NCBI GenBank assembly: GCA_002633005.1
Contig: NMRA01000294.1
Coordinates: 116,948 to 180,947, forward strand
Direction of reading: 5' to 3'
Length of the DNA: 64,000 nt
DNA from: Phoronis australis
Lineage: Eukaryota > Animalia > Phoronida
Position numbers and translations under genes: made by a program. Of this stretch, positions 27,040 through 38,371 are shown in pieces; within the stretch, counting starts at the first letter, position 1, and every line of letters starts with the position of its first letter. The notes under the pieces are model-generated. The model was not told where the DNA came from. It made no database searches and was given only the letters and a program-made list of their open reading frames with translations.

Positions 27040-27989
27040 GGATCTAGGATATCACAAGGGGGCCCAACATTTTGTCTGTAAACATTTGCACAAAGCACGA
27101 TTGTAGATGCGCATAGCACCGAATGGCGGAAAGGCCGGGAGGGGGTTTGCCCCCTCCCCCCAGGAAAATTGTTCTGTTTTCTCCTCTAAATCAAGCATTT
27201 TCCTTGATTCCTGAAGTATTATCCAAGAACAAAGGCAAAAAAAAAAAACTCGTGTCAAACTTGAAAAACTGCAGTCACCACAGACTCGATCTCACGACCT
27301 GGCGGATAGAGTGCGCGTGCTTTATTGCTGTACCACCACGCTTTCACTAAATTTGTTTCTAAGAGACTTACTTGTTTATGGTCCACAGCGTTTGCGCGCG
27401 ACACCTTCTTTTTGTAATGCTTATTACACTTTTTATATCTTGTGCAAATAAATTTGTTGTATTTAAAATAGTCTTTAATTGTCCAAAAGACCAAATCCGT
27501 TTTTTTGTGTTGGCATTTATGACGCAATTGCTTTGGAAATCGTCTTAAGTTAAGGGTTGACAAAGAGAGAATTATGAGTTTCTGAGCGATTCACTAAGGC
27601 TTCGATTAAAATTCACATCTTACCAGCAGCTTCTGTATTTTTTATCGTCACTCAGATTCCATTTTCTTTAAAAAATGAACTATTTTTTCCATTGCACAGT
27701 GAAGCAGACGACGGAAACGGAGTCATATTACGCAGCGCCACTGCGGTCGCCTGAGATATCAAGGGAGAGCCTATACTTGGTCATAGGTTGGTTACGATTG
27801 AGCCGTGTTACGAACTTGACACTTGAAATCGGATCTGACTCCCCCCCACACACACACTCACTAAACTGCACACATTTAAATCTTGATTCCGACGTATAAT
27901 GTTAATTACCGGGGTTAATTAATAAACGCTCTTGCTGTTTTTTGCGGCACCCAAGGAAGGGGGGGACTGCCCCCCTAAGTCCACCTATG
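27040..27989 (-). mobile_element. Same DNA element family, inverted copy
   Basis: Reverse complement of 29007-29860 and 33248-33998 along most of its length; ends ...cccctaagtccacctatg. Confidence 0.75.
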
Positions 27990-29006
27990 TGCAATTACTT
28001 GTTGTCAGACTGAGAACATGTATCCTCGATCCTCAAAGCAGAATGTGGAACTCTCATCCGATGTTTCTAGTTCTTCGCTGGCCGTGGATAAAGGTCTACC
28101 CCAGGCGCTTGTGCTCGGTCTCATCTTGTTCAACGTTTTTATCGCTTTTGATTTTTTGCTACCCAACTCCTTATATTACTGTTGAGGCCTGTGTGAGCAG
28201 TATGTGGCTCTTTATCATTCTAGTATCTTGAAAGTAACCAACTATGACTTCCACAAGTACATTTATGGTTTAATTTAAAAAAGATTCTCATATTGTCCAG
28301 CTGGTTGCAATTACGTTTTTTTTTCTTACAAATTGTGTATTTTCACAGAGATCGTCGTATTTTCCAAAACATAGATTTTTGACACGGAACTTAGAAATTA
28401 TTGTTTGTTCTATAAGTTACAGAAGCGAGCCTGAGACTTTCTTAAAAGATACAATTTCTCCTACTTTCAACAATTTAGAACACAAGGTGAATTTCTTCAC
28501 TAGTCGAAATATATCACAAAAAGTGAGCGGGTTTTCCGTGGAAACCACAATAAACATGGCGGCATTTGAGTGAGTTCCTGCAGTGCATGAGGCTCCTGTC
28601 ACTGACATAGGTGGCCATTTTAGAAGGTGGTGCACCACCAAAAATAAGAAATAAACTAAAAAACACATTAAATTTAGTTAAGTTTGAAAGTTTTTGGAGT
28701 TTTATTGGATGAGCATTAATTGGACTAAGTTTCAATTGAACTACCCTGCCTTAAAAATCTGTTTTATGAACTTTTTAACTAAAACAAAGGTGAAAGAATA
28801 TCCTTACTTCCGAGAGCTTGGCATTCAAAAGTCAAATACTCCCGTTTATTTCAAAGAATGTTGATGACATTATTTTTGACTTCGGACTCCTCAGGCAAAA
28901 GTTTTAAAATAAAATCCCAGATATGTTATAGCCAGTAAACTAAAGAAACATAATTTTGCAAGTTTCGAGCGAAAAATCACGTCTTTTGTAAATATTTCAT
29001 TTACCA

Positions 29007-29865
29007 CATAGGCGGATTTACATGTAAGGGGGTGCAGGGGTCAGCCCCCCCCCCTTGGCTGCCGCAAAAAATAAAACAGCAAGAGCGTAGGGAAATGTTG
29101 AGTTTATTAATTAACCCCGGTAATTAAAATTAAACTGCTGAAACAAGATTTAAATGTATGCAGTTTTAGTGTTTGGGGGAGGGGGCTCAGATCCAATTTT
29201 AAGAGTAAAATTCGAAACACGGCGCAATCGTAACTGAACTATGGTTAAGTATAGGCTCTCCCGCGATATCCCAGGCGACCGGCAGTGGCGCTGGGCACTA
29301 CGACTCCGTTTCCGTCGTCTGCTCCACTGTGCAATGAAGAAAATTACATAATTTTTTAAAGAAAATGGAATCTGAGTGATGATGAAAAAACAAAAGCTGC
29401 CGGTAAGATGTGAATTTTAATCGGAGCCTTAGTGAATCACGCAGAAACTCATAATTCTCTCTTTGTCAAACCTTAACTTAAGACGATTTCAAAAGCAATC
29501 GCGTCATTTTTGCAAATACAAAAACGGATTTGGTCTTTTGGGCAATTGAACACTATTTTAAATACAACAAATTTGTTACGAACTGATTGCACAAAATATA
29601 AAACATATAATAAACATTTCCAAAAAGAAGGAGGTTTCGCGCGCAATCGCTGTGGACCATAAACAAGTAGGTCTCTTAGTAACAAATTAGGAGCTAAACC
29701 GTGGTAGTGCAGTGGTAAAGCACGCGCTCTTTAACCGCCAGGTCTCGTGTTCGAGTCTACGATACTCGCAGTTTTTCCTGTTGGACATTTTTTTCTATTT
29801 TTGCATTTTTTCTTGGATAATAAATCGGGAATCAAGGAAAATGCTTGATTTTTAAATCCGAGAAT
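29007..29865 (+). mobile_element. Same DNA element family, 3-prime truncated copy
   Basis: Starts cataggcggattta; collinear with 33248-33840. Confidence 0.75.
29698..29776 (+). ncRNA. tRNA-derived Pol III-like cassette inside the DNA element (other copies at 33664-33742 plus and 27264-27342 minus)
   Basis: A-box TAGTGCAGTGG, D-stem GTGC/GCAC, B-box GTTCGAGTC at tRNA spacing, then TTTTT. Acceptor and anticodon stems are poor, so this is not a functional tRNA. Confidence 0.55.
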
Positions 29866-31168
29866 TAAAAACAGGTAGTGACATCATTTTGGCATCGATG
29901 TGTGACTTGTAGACTATGTCTAGGCACGACTTTAACTTGTCTGCCCGAGTGCGGCAACCGTCTACCTCAAGTGTGGGGCCATCTTGGACTCTGTTCAAGT
30001 ATTAATTTAGTCTAATTTCCTGGGAGCAACCGATTGATCGTCAGAATCGACATTTACTCATCTTCGTAGGACGGCAAAGGTTTACTTTTCGAGCTGGTCT
30101 GTCAGTCGTTGATCAGTCAGCTTGGGTATACTAAGCCTATTGTGTTTTGCCGGGATTTTCTATTTGCATATTTTCATTTTTTTGCGAGTTGCGTATGATG
30201 TTTCCACTTGATAGGGTATAATTTGTTGGTACCTTCAAAGGAATTGGCGTGACAATTTTACTTGATGCTGTTTCCAAGAATTTGTATTTGAGGAAGACTA
30301 GTCCCCCTGAGGCGGTTAAAGCTAGTTTGCCTGGATTAATAGCCTTTCATGTTGTAAACATAAGATATTGCATACATGTACACTGCGTGTTATCAATAAA
30401 CATTTCATTTCAAGAGTGTATACTTTGAATTATGTTTACCTTTCGTCTCTCTCCCCATGGCGCAATCAGTGCGCAAAGAGATGGAAACTTGCTTGTGTAG
30501 GAATTAGGACATGGGTTTGGAAGGTTATTTGTGTTCGATAAAGCGCCATTTTTGATTTTGCGGCGAAGTATACATAAGGTGAGCCCGTCTTGGTAATACG
30601 TAGGGGAAATTATCTATTTACTCAACCTATCACAAGTCAGAAGCTTTTGGTACAAGATTTTTTGGTGTTGGATTATAATTTAACTCCCGACCTGTAGTTC
30701 CAAAAGCTGTTTGAGTTTTTAGATTATTCACGATTATCCTCTTTTTGTCAAACGATGCCTGAGACTATAAGGATTGTGTAAGCTGTCATATTCGTGCATA
30801 CAGTCGCATAACTCTGTGAGCACTTTTTTCATTTTTCCCATTTGTGACCCACACGGTGGGCGCATGTCGACGGCCTGCGTTAATCTTTTCCCTGTGTTTC
30901 GAAGTGTCCAGGGGGGAGAGTTCAGTAGCTGCCTCGAGACTAGAAAAATATAGCCAAAATCACGTGTTCTCATTTTAAAATACACGACAATATCTCACAT
31001 AATTTCGCGAAGTTTTGCTTTTCAACGAGGCCCTAACGTTTCTGAACTCTACGTTGCTTTGAATGCTCACTTCGTACCTAAGAGGCCGCATGCTGTTGTT
31101 GCTCAGTTGAGTGCAGCGGCTTGAGTTTTATGATTAGCGCTAGCGCTATGACAATCTTGTTAATCAAA

Positions 31169-31182
31169 GTTTCTATGGAAAC
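31169..31182. promoter_or_regulatory. RFX X-box GTTTCTATGGAAAC near the putative paladin-like transcription start
   Basis: 14-bp near-palindrome fitting the RTHNYY-WT-RRNRAC consensus, about 30 nt before a donor AAG|gtaact near 31209. A second X-box-like ATTTCCATAGGTAAC lies at 31648-31662. Confidence 0.5.
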
Positions 31183-31826
31183 GAGGGTTGTGAAATAGTT
31201 CAAACAAAGGTAACTCAGGCGAGTTCATTGTGCATTCACTGATATTGCTTGGCGCCGTTGTCAAGTAACGCTCACCAACAAGCACGCTGGTGACTGTTTG
31301 CAGATGTGGATCTAAGCATTGGGTACGGGCTTAAGCGCAGTGGTTGAACGGTGTACAATCCTTGAACAATACTTGAACAGTTTACGGACTGCTTATCGAC
31401 TTTATTCTGATTATAGTTCGAATAGACTTGGGTTGACTTGTTGTAGTTTTGACACAGGTAATGCATTTATATTTATCTCACAGGCGTTTTGTTACGTTTT
31501 GCATCCTTGTCACTGAAAATTTCTTTCACTGAAGAGTTTCATTGATAATATCACGAATAATCATCAATACCGTAGGTTAGTTCTCGTTTCTTCTCCAATT
31601 CCAACAGAGGGTGATAGCTGTTGAAGTAATCCATCACCAATTGTACAATTTCCATAGGTAACACAGGCGAGTTTGTGCATAGACAGATTGTACAGCTTCA
31701 TAAGATCTATCGTTTGCGACTTGAACTTTGGTAAATTTGAAAAGGTTAACCAAGGTAGTTTTTCCTACGTAGACCCCTAGCTTGTTCTTTATTTTATTTC
31801 AGTACTGTGAAGATATGTGACCAGAC

Positions 31827-31863
31827 ATGGGCAGTGCTGTATCCGTAAGCCACGTGACACAGG
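31827..31863 (+). CDS. PALD1: Paladin-like gene, probable first coding exon (MGSAVSVSHVTQ; alternative phase-1 donor at 31929)
   Basis: Acceptor ttttatttcag| at 31802, ATG GGC AGT GCT GTA TCC gives an MGxxxS myristoylation consensus like vertebrate paladin MGTTAS. Phase-1 donor G|gtatgt. Confidence 0.55.
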
Positions 31864-32141
31864 GTATGTCATCGGTGTCCACCATCACCAGTGTGAAGAA
31901 CAAACCTTCTGCCAAGCTCATTCCAATGAGTATGTTATCTCAGTGTGTAACGTTCCCGCAACCTCTTTTGCAGGGTGGCAAACAATGCGCGATGTTTCAT
32001 TGAAATGAAGTGTCCGAGATAAATAAGCAATCCGCCATCCGAAGGCTGCTCGGGTCTCGGCGGTTTCGCAACTAAAAGATCTTTCCCCGATGGAACGTCA
32101 GGTGTCTGAATGTATGTTTCTGTATCCAAGTCTGTTTCCAG

Positions 32142-32260
32142 TTCCTAACCAAAACAGAAAAAGTCATTTAAAGAAAGATGTCGGCAGAACATGTAAAAAT
32201 GTCGACATTTTCCACGCACATGCCTTACTCTCGACAACAACTTGTCGAGTATTTACAGAC
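32142..32260 (+). CDS. PALD1: Paladin-like gene, candidate exon (PNQNRKSHLKKDVGRTCKNVDIFHAHALLSTTTCRVFTD)
   Basis: Acceptor tttccag|, donor GAC|gtaagt, phase 1 to 0, keeps the frame between flanking exons. No recognisable homology; another frame (MSAEHVKM...) is also open. Confidence 0.4.
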
Positions 32261-32941
32261 GTAAGTTGATGTCGTGATTTGTGAAAAGATGCCATCAGTT
32301 ATCCTAAAGACCTAGTTTGTACTTGAATACCATTGAGTGATTTAGAAACGAGACCGATCCTTGATACCTTAATCTGGCGGAAACGGAAACAGACGTCGAA
32401 GTCGCCATTTTGGAGGTGGTCGTTTTCATCGACAAATTTCTTGAATTTTGGGTTGCTAATTCTTGTGCATCAATGTGAACAGAACAGAGGATGATCATTT
32501 TATTATCCATGTATGTTTTTGAACTATTGTGAAGGTCGCACATTACACATTTTGTCAAATTTCTTTGACAACCAACGCTTGCAAAAACTGCAAGCAAAAG
32601 CCGTCACTTCTGAATAGCCGGGGTTTGGGACTGACTATAATATGCGACAGTCGTGTTTTAGCTTCTTTGCATACAGCGCCTTACGTAAAGCAAACCTTTC
32701 ATAAGTCATGTGGCCGATTAAATGGTTTACGTAGCGTGCGCGCCAGACCCTTTCGACTACTGGTCACTGCCCAATCTTGGTTGTACTCATTTTTATGCGC
32801 CCACATAATTATATGTGGACAGATTATGCCGTCTTCTCCGTCCTTCCGTCCGTCTGTCCCGGTGGCGTCCGTCCGGCGTCCGACGTCCGCTGCTCTATCT
32901 CCAAAATCATTTGACAAACGTTAATGAAATTTGGCACATAT

Positions 32942-33998
32942 CATAGGCGGATTTAGGGGGGGNNNNNNNNNNNNNNNNNNNNNNNNNNNNNNNNNNNNNN
33001 NNNNNNNNNNNNNNNNNNNNNNNNNNNNNNNNNNNNNNNNNNNNNNNNNNNNNNNNNNNNNNNNNNNNNNNNNNNNNNNNNNNNNNNNNNNNNNNNNNNN
33101 NNNNNNNNNNNNNNNNNNNNNNNNNNNNNNNNNNNNNNNNNNNNNNNNNNNNNNNNNNNNNNNNNNNNNNNNNNNNNNNNNNNNNNNNNNNNNNNNNNNN
33201 NNNNNNNNNNNNNNNNNNNNNNNNNNNNNNNNNNNNNNNNNNNNNNNGCGACCGGCAGTGGCGCTGCGCACTACGACTCAATTTCCGTCGTCTGCTCCAC
33301 TGTGCAATGAAGAAAATTTACTTCATTTTTTAAAGTAAATGGAACCTGAGTGACGATGAAAAAACAGAAGCTGCTGGTAAGATGGGAATTTTAATAGAAG
33401 CCTCAGTGAATCACTCAGAAACTCGCAATACTCTCTTTGTCAAACCTTATGTTAAGACGATTTCCAAAGCAATCCCGTCATTATTGCCAACACGAAAAAC
33501 GGATTTGGTCTTTTGGGCATTTTAAGACTATTTTAAATACGACAAATTTGTTAAGAATCGATGGCACAAAACGTGTAATAAGCATTACAAAAAGAAGTAG
33601 GTTTCGCGCGCAAACGCTGTGGACCATAAACAAGTACGTCTCTTAGTATGAGATTTGTAGTTAACTGTGGTGGTGTAGTGGTAACGCACGCGCGCTCTAT
33701 GCGCAAGGTCGTGAGTGCGAGTCTTTGGTACTTGCAGTTTTTCCTGTTTGACACTTTCTCCGTGTTTTTTTTTGCCTTTTTTTCTTGGTTAATACTTCAG
33801 GAATCAAGGAAAATACTTGATTTTTAGAGGTCAAAACAGAAAAATTTCCTGGGCGGGAGGGGGGCAAACCCCCCTCCCGACCTCCCCCCATTTGGTGCTA
33901 TGCGCATCTACAATCGTGATTCACTTTGCGCAAATGTTTACAGCCGGACAAAATGTTGGGCCCCCATCCCCCCTTGTGATATCCTAGATCCACTACTG
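32942..33998 (+). mobile_element. Non-autonomous DNA element (CATAGGCGGATTTAGG...CCTAGATCCACTACTG) with 5-bp TSD catat, carrying a tRNA-like cassette; spans the N gap
   Basis: Imperfect TIRs, catat at 32937-32941 and 33999-34003, inserted into HINE copy 1. Confidence 0.7.
32963..33247. other. Assembly gap (285 N)
   Basis: Direct observation. Confidence 1.
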
Positions 33999-36777
33999 CA
34001 TATGTTCCATTTATGAATGGGACGGCATGAATGAACTTTCGGACGGATACGACAACCGGTATGTCACCTAGTGGCAATTTTAATTTTTTACGCTCTTGCT
34101 TTTGTATCTTCAAAAGTCCTGAACGGATTTTCATGAAATTCGGAATGTAGACACCTATTAGTGAGATGACGCTATCCTCCAGTTTTCGGATGGATTTGAC
34201 TTATTTTGCTCCACCTAGTGGCCATTTTTTACTGTTTTTTTGCGTCTACCCCTCTATCAACCAAACCGCTCAAAGGATGATTGTGAAAATTGGCACGTAT
34301 GTGCTTAAAATGAAGAGGACAGTTGACGATGATTTTCCGACGTTTTTGAATACTGTGGCGCCTCCTAGTGGCAGTTTTTTTTGCGCCTATGGCTGTATCT
34401 CCAAAACCGTTTGCAGGATCTTAACTAAATTTAGTGAGTATATTTATGTGGTGTTAACAACGGACGACGACGTATTTTGGACTGATCCGACTACCGGTGT
34501 GCCCTCTAGTGGCAATTTTATTTTTTAACGTTTACCTTTGTATTTTCAAAAGTCATTAACGGATTTTCATGAAATTTAAAATGTAGGCACCTATTAGTGA
34601 GATGACGCTATCCTCCCATTTTCAGATGGATTGGACTTAGTTTGCGCCACCTATTGGCCATTTTTATTGTTTTCGAGTCTGTTTTTTGCGTCCACCCCTC
34701 TATCAACCAAACCGGTCAAAGGATGATTGTGAAAATTGGCATATATGTGCTTACTATAAAGGGGACGGTTGACGATGATTTTCTGACGATTTCGACTACT
34801 GTGGCGCCTCCTAGTGGCAGTTATGTTTTTGTTTTGCCTATGGCTGTATCTCTTAAACCGTTCGCAGGATCTTTACTTAATTTAGCAAGTGTATTTATAT
34901 GATGTTGGCTACGGACGACCACGACTTTCGGACAGATCTGACTACTGCTGGGCCCCCTAGTGGCAATTTTAGTTTTTTGCGCTTAACTCAGTATCTTCAA
35001 AGGTCCTCAACAGATTTTCATGAAATTTTAAATATAGGCATCTATTGGTGTGATGACGCTATCTTTCCGTTTTTGGATGAAATTGAGGTATTTTGCACCA
35101 CCTAGTGGCCATTTTTACTGTTTTCAAATCTTGTTTTTGGTGTCCACCCCTGTATCAACCAAATCATTGGAAAATTGGCATATATGTTCTCAGTGTGAAG
35201 ATGACCTCCGATTGTGGTGACTGACTACTGTGGCGCCTCCTAGTGGTAGTTTTGTTTTGCGCCCATAGTTGTATCTCTCAAACCCACGTCAGGATCTTTA
35301 CTAAATTTAGTAAGTGTATTTATATGAAGATAACAACAGACGACGGCGACTTTCAGGCGGATCCAACGGACACTGTGCCCACTAGTGGCAATTTCATTTT
35401 GTTCTGTTTTCCTTTGTTTCTCTGAAGTTCCTTGACAGATTTTTATGAAATATGGCTTGTTCCTGTTTTTGGGTGAATTGTATGTTTTGCGCCATCTAGT
35501 GGCCATTTTATGATTTAAATAAATAACCCTAAAAGCACTCCATTTGCAATGCTTTCGTGGGCGCAATTCAACGCTCCGCGTTGCTCTTGTAAACTACGAT
35601 GTCGGCTGGAAAAATGGAGTTTCAGCGCTTTGCTCAAGGACACGATCGTCAATTCGTGAGACATTTGGTGGTGGATTCCACCGAACGAAAATTTAAGGAA
35701 ATGTAATAACCGTGATTTTGAATGAGCTGTGTTTTAAGATATGAGAATGAAATTATGTCCATAAGTTTGACGAACAGAGTCTCGTCGCCATCCATTAAGT
35801 TACTTTATGCGGATTTTCAAATCCAGACACTCCACCAAAATCAACGCTGCCATGTGCACCAGTCAAAGAACAGTAGAGATAATTAACGAAATTCTCCTCA
35901 ATTTCAACAATATTCAATGCCTTGATTTGTCTGTACTGACGAAATTGGGAATGAATTAAAATATATGTTTTTTATTGTCAGTGTTTGTATTATAAAAGTT
36001 TTCAAAGGGGAAAATCGCCATGGATCATTGTGGTTTCAAAGAAAATTGTTTACCTTTTCATAAGCAAAAATCCTCTGGGATCTCGGTCTATACATTTCTA
36101 CGGTGATATATTCAGCACGCTACAGGCTTCGGTATTAAGCTTTTGTCATTGAATTTTCATCACCCGACTTCGCGCCATTTTCAGCCCTCACTGGCCTGTG
36201 CCGAACAATAAGAATATGTAAATTGCAACATTCCAAATGTGAGACTCGTTGAGCTTTTGAGTGTCGTAGTGAATAGTGACTGAAACTATGCCTACATTAA
36301 TGAATGAGGTATTCCCCACTTTGAAGGGACCACTAACCTTAATGTCGCTATTCGATCAAGAGACTGGTTGGGAGTCACCGTTTAGGCTATGGTAAAAAAG
36401 TCGTTGAAAGATGGTACATGTAGTTCCTAATCTTGGTAGTTCATTACCTTGATCACTCGAAGACGGCGAGGCGTCGCTGTCACGACAAAAATCGCATCGT
36501 GTGTAACAGTACCCCAGTACCCGGGGTAGTCGATCACAGTCTTCTGCCGCAGGTACCAGCCTTATTGGCCGGATTATTGACGCGACAACTTATTGGAAAT
36601 TAAGAAATTCGCGAGACCAAAATACCGGTCTTAAGGTTTTCAGTTACATTAGTGATGGTAGTAGCAATGCTGCTGTCACCCCATTTTTCGTGGTTGCCCC
36701 CTTTACGACATACCAGATCCGCTCACTGCTGTCAATCACTCAGTGACGGGAGATATGTATCCTCTTTTCTGCAACAG

Positions 36778-36808
36778 GCATTTGCTTCCACCCAGATTGA
36801 GGAGCAGG
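36778..36808 (+). CDS. PALD1: Paladin-like gene, candidate 31-nt exon (AFASTQIEEQ)
   Basis: Acceptor cttttctgcaacag|, donor G|gtatgt, phase 0 to 1, fits the phase-1 acceptor at 42527. FxST resembles human SFQST just before the conserved block. Confidence 0.45.
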
Positions 36809-37077
36809 GTATGTACATGTATGCACAGTTTGAATAGTTCTGTAGACGGCGATGAAAGTCGGTAAACGATAAAAAAATCAATACCTCTTGTTTATAAGAA
36901 AATGCATTTGCGATTTACAATTTGCTAATGCGTATTGGTCTACAAATATCCTCTCACACGACTGATAACAAGACAACCTCCTAATTGGAGTCAATTTACA
37001 GTGTAGCCATACAGTTGTGCAATTTGCTCACATGTACTTTTAGTTAGCTGGAAAGAAAATACGTATTGTAAAGGTAG

Positions 37078-37212
37078 GCGTAGATGTGGAGGTAACAGTT
37101 GGTAATAGGCATGCATAGATGAGAAGGTAACAGTTGGTAATACGCATGCGTAGATGAGGAGGTAACAGTTGGTAATACGCATGCGTAGATGAGGAGGTAA
37201 GAGTTGGTAATA
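37078..37212. repeat. 35-bp tandem repeat, about 4 copies
   Basis: atgcgtagatgaggaggtaacagttggtaatacgc. Confidence 0.9.
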
Positions 37213-38371
37213 CTATTGGTGGTCCTTTTAAGGTTATGGAGGGCCCAATAAAAATGTCCTAACTTCGGAACTATATATCTCAGAAATAGCTGAACAGAAC
37301 CACAAGTTTCAGATACTATGTTTTATCCACTGCTCGTACGAATCCGACAACCAGTGTGTTCCGTAGTGGCATTGAGTTCCGTAGTGGCAATTTTATTTCT
37401 TTTACGTTTAGCCCTTGTGTCCTTGGAGCTGCTCTACGGATGTTCATGGAGGTTGGCAAATGTATTAAGGAGACGACGTCGCCTTTTGGTTTTCGGATCG
37501 GTATGCCGATCGTGCGCCACCCAGGGTCCGTTTGAACTGTGTCTGATTCTGTTTTTGCGTCCTCCAAGACACCCTAGGAAATATTATGAAAATTGCCATA
37601 TCTGTTCCCAGTAAGAAGAGCACTACTTGGCTGATGATAATTTTTACGCCATCTAGTGATTGTTTTGCTTATTTTCCTGGACACCTTGCAGGAATTTTGT
37701 TAAATTTGACAACTGTTTCTCGATGAAAGTAATACCTGTAATACCTCTAATACCTAGCGATGGATTTCGCACATATCCAACTGTTCCCCCTAATGTAAAT
37801 TATATTTCTGTGTTTCCCTCTGTATTTTTCGATTTCCTTGACGGATACCCATGAAATTTGGCGAAAGAATTTCTAGTAAAGCAACAACGACACCATCACA
37901 TTTTCGGATAGATAGGACGTGTGGTACGTCGACTAGTGGTGATTATTTTGTTATTTTGAGTTTGTCTTTGGTGTCCGTCGCTGTATCTGACAAACGTCTC
38001 TAAGGATTTTCCTAAATGTCTGTCAGTCAAAAAATCGGGGTCATCTCTTCCATGCCCTTGATTTAAATATTAATGTCTCCCCATTTACCACACATTACCT
38101 AAAAATCGTCGTGCTTCATTTTACTTTATGGTTCGCAACAACTTCACTTAGATCTGAATATTTTTCTAATGCATTTAGTATCCACTTTCATTTTTCATAC
38201 TAAATACATGTATTTATTACTTAAAAGCCTCATTGATATAGCGTTTCTCTGTTTTTGTGTTTATGTGTGATGGTCTGTGTATTTGTATCTAGGTCGTTTA
38301 ATATCCTATGCATTATTTTGTTGTACAATAGAAATTTTCTTGAAAATTTTGATATCTGTCAGTAATCATCC

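Larger units (their letters stand above)
32790..35590 (+). mobile_element. HINE/DINE-1-like (Helentron-associated) element, copy 1, with a ~145-bp tandem array; interrupted at 32942-33998
   Basis: 5-prime tttttatgcgcccac, (GTCC)n-like tract, tandem core, 3-prime gtgggcgc subterminal inverted repeat plus caacgc-tcc-gcgttg hairpin and ctcttgt end. Confidence 0.75.

Noticed and set aside
29698-29770. Functional tRNA gene
   Set aside because: Acceptor and anticodon stems do not pair and the three copies diverge freely. Kept only as a tRNA-derived cassette.
34166-35105. Recurrent short ORFs with VAPPSG / RHLVAI peptides across 34-52 kb
   Set aside because: These are translations of the HINE tandem monomers; frames are not conserved between copies.
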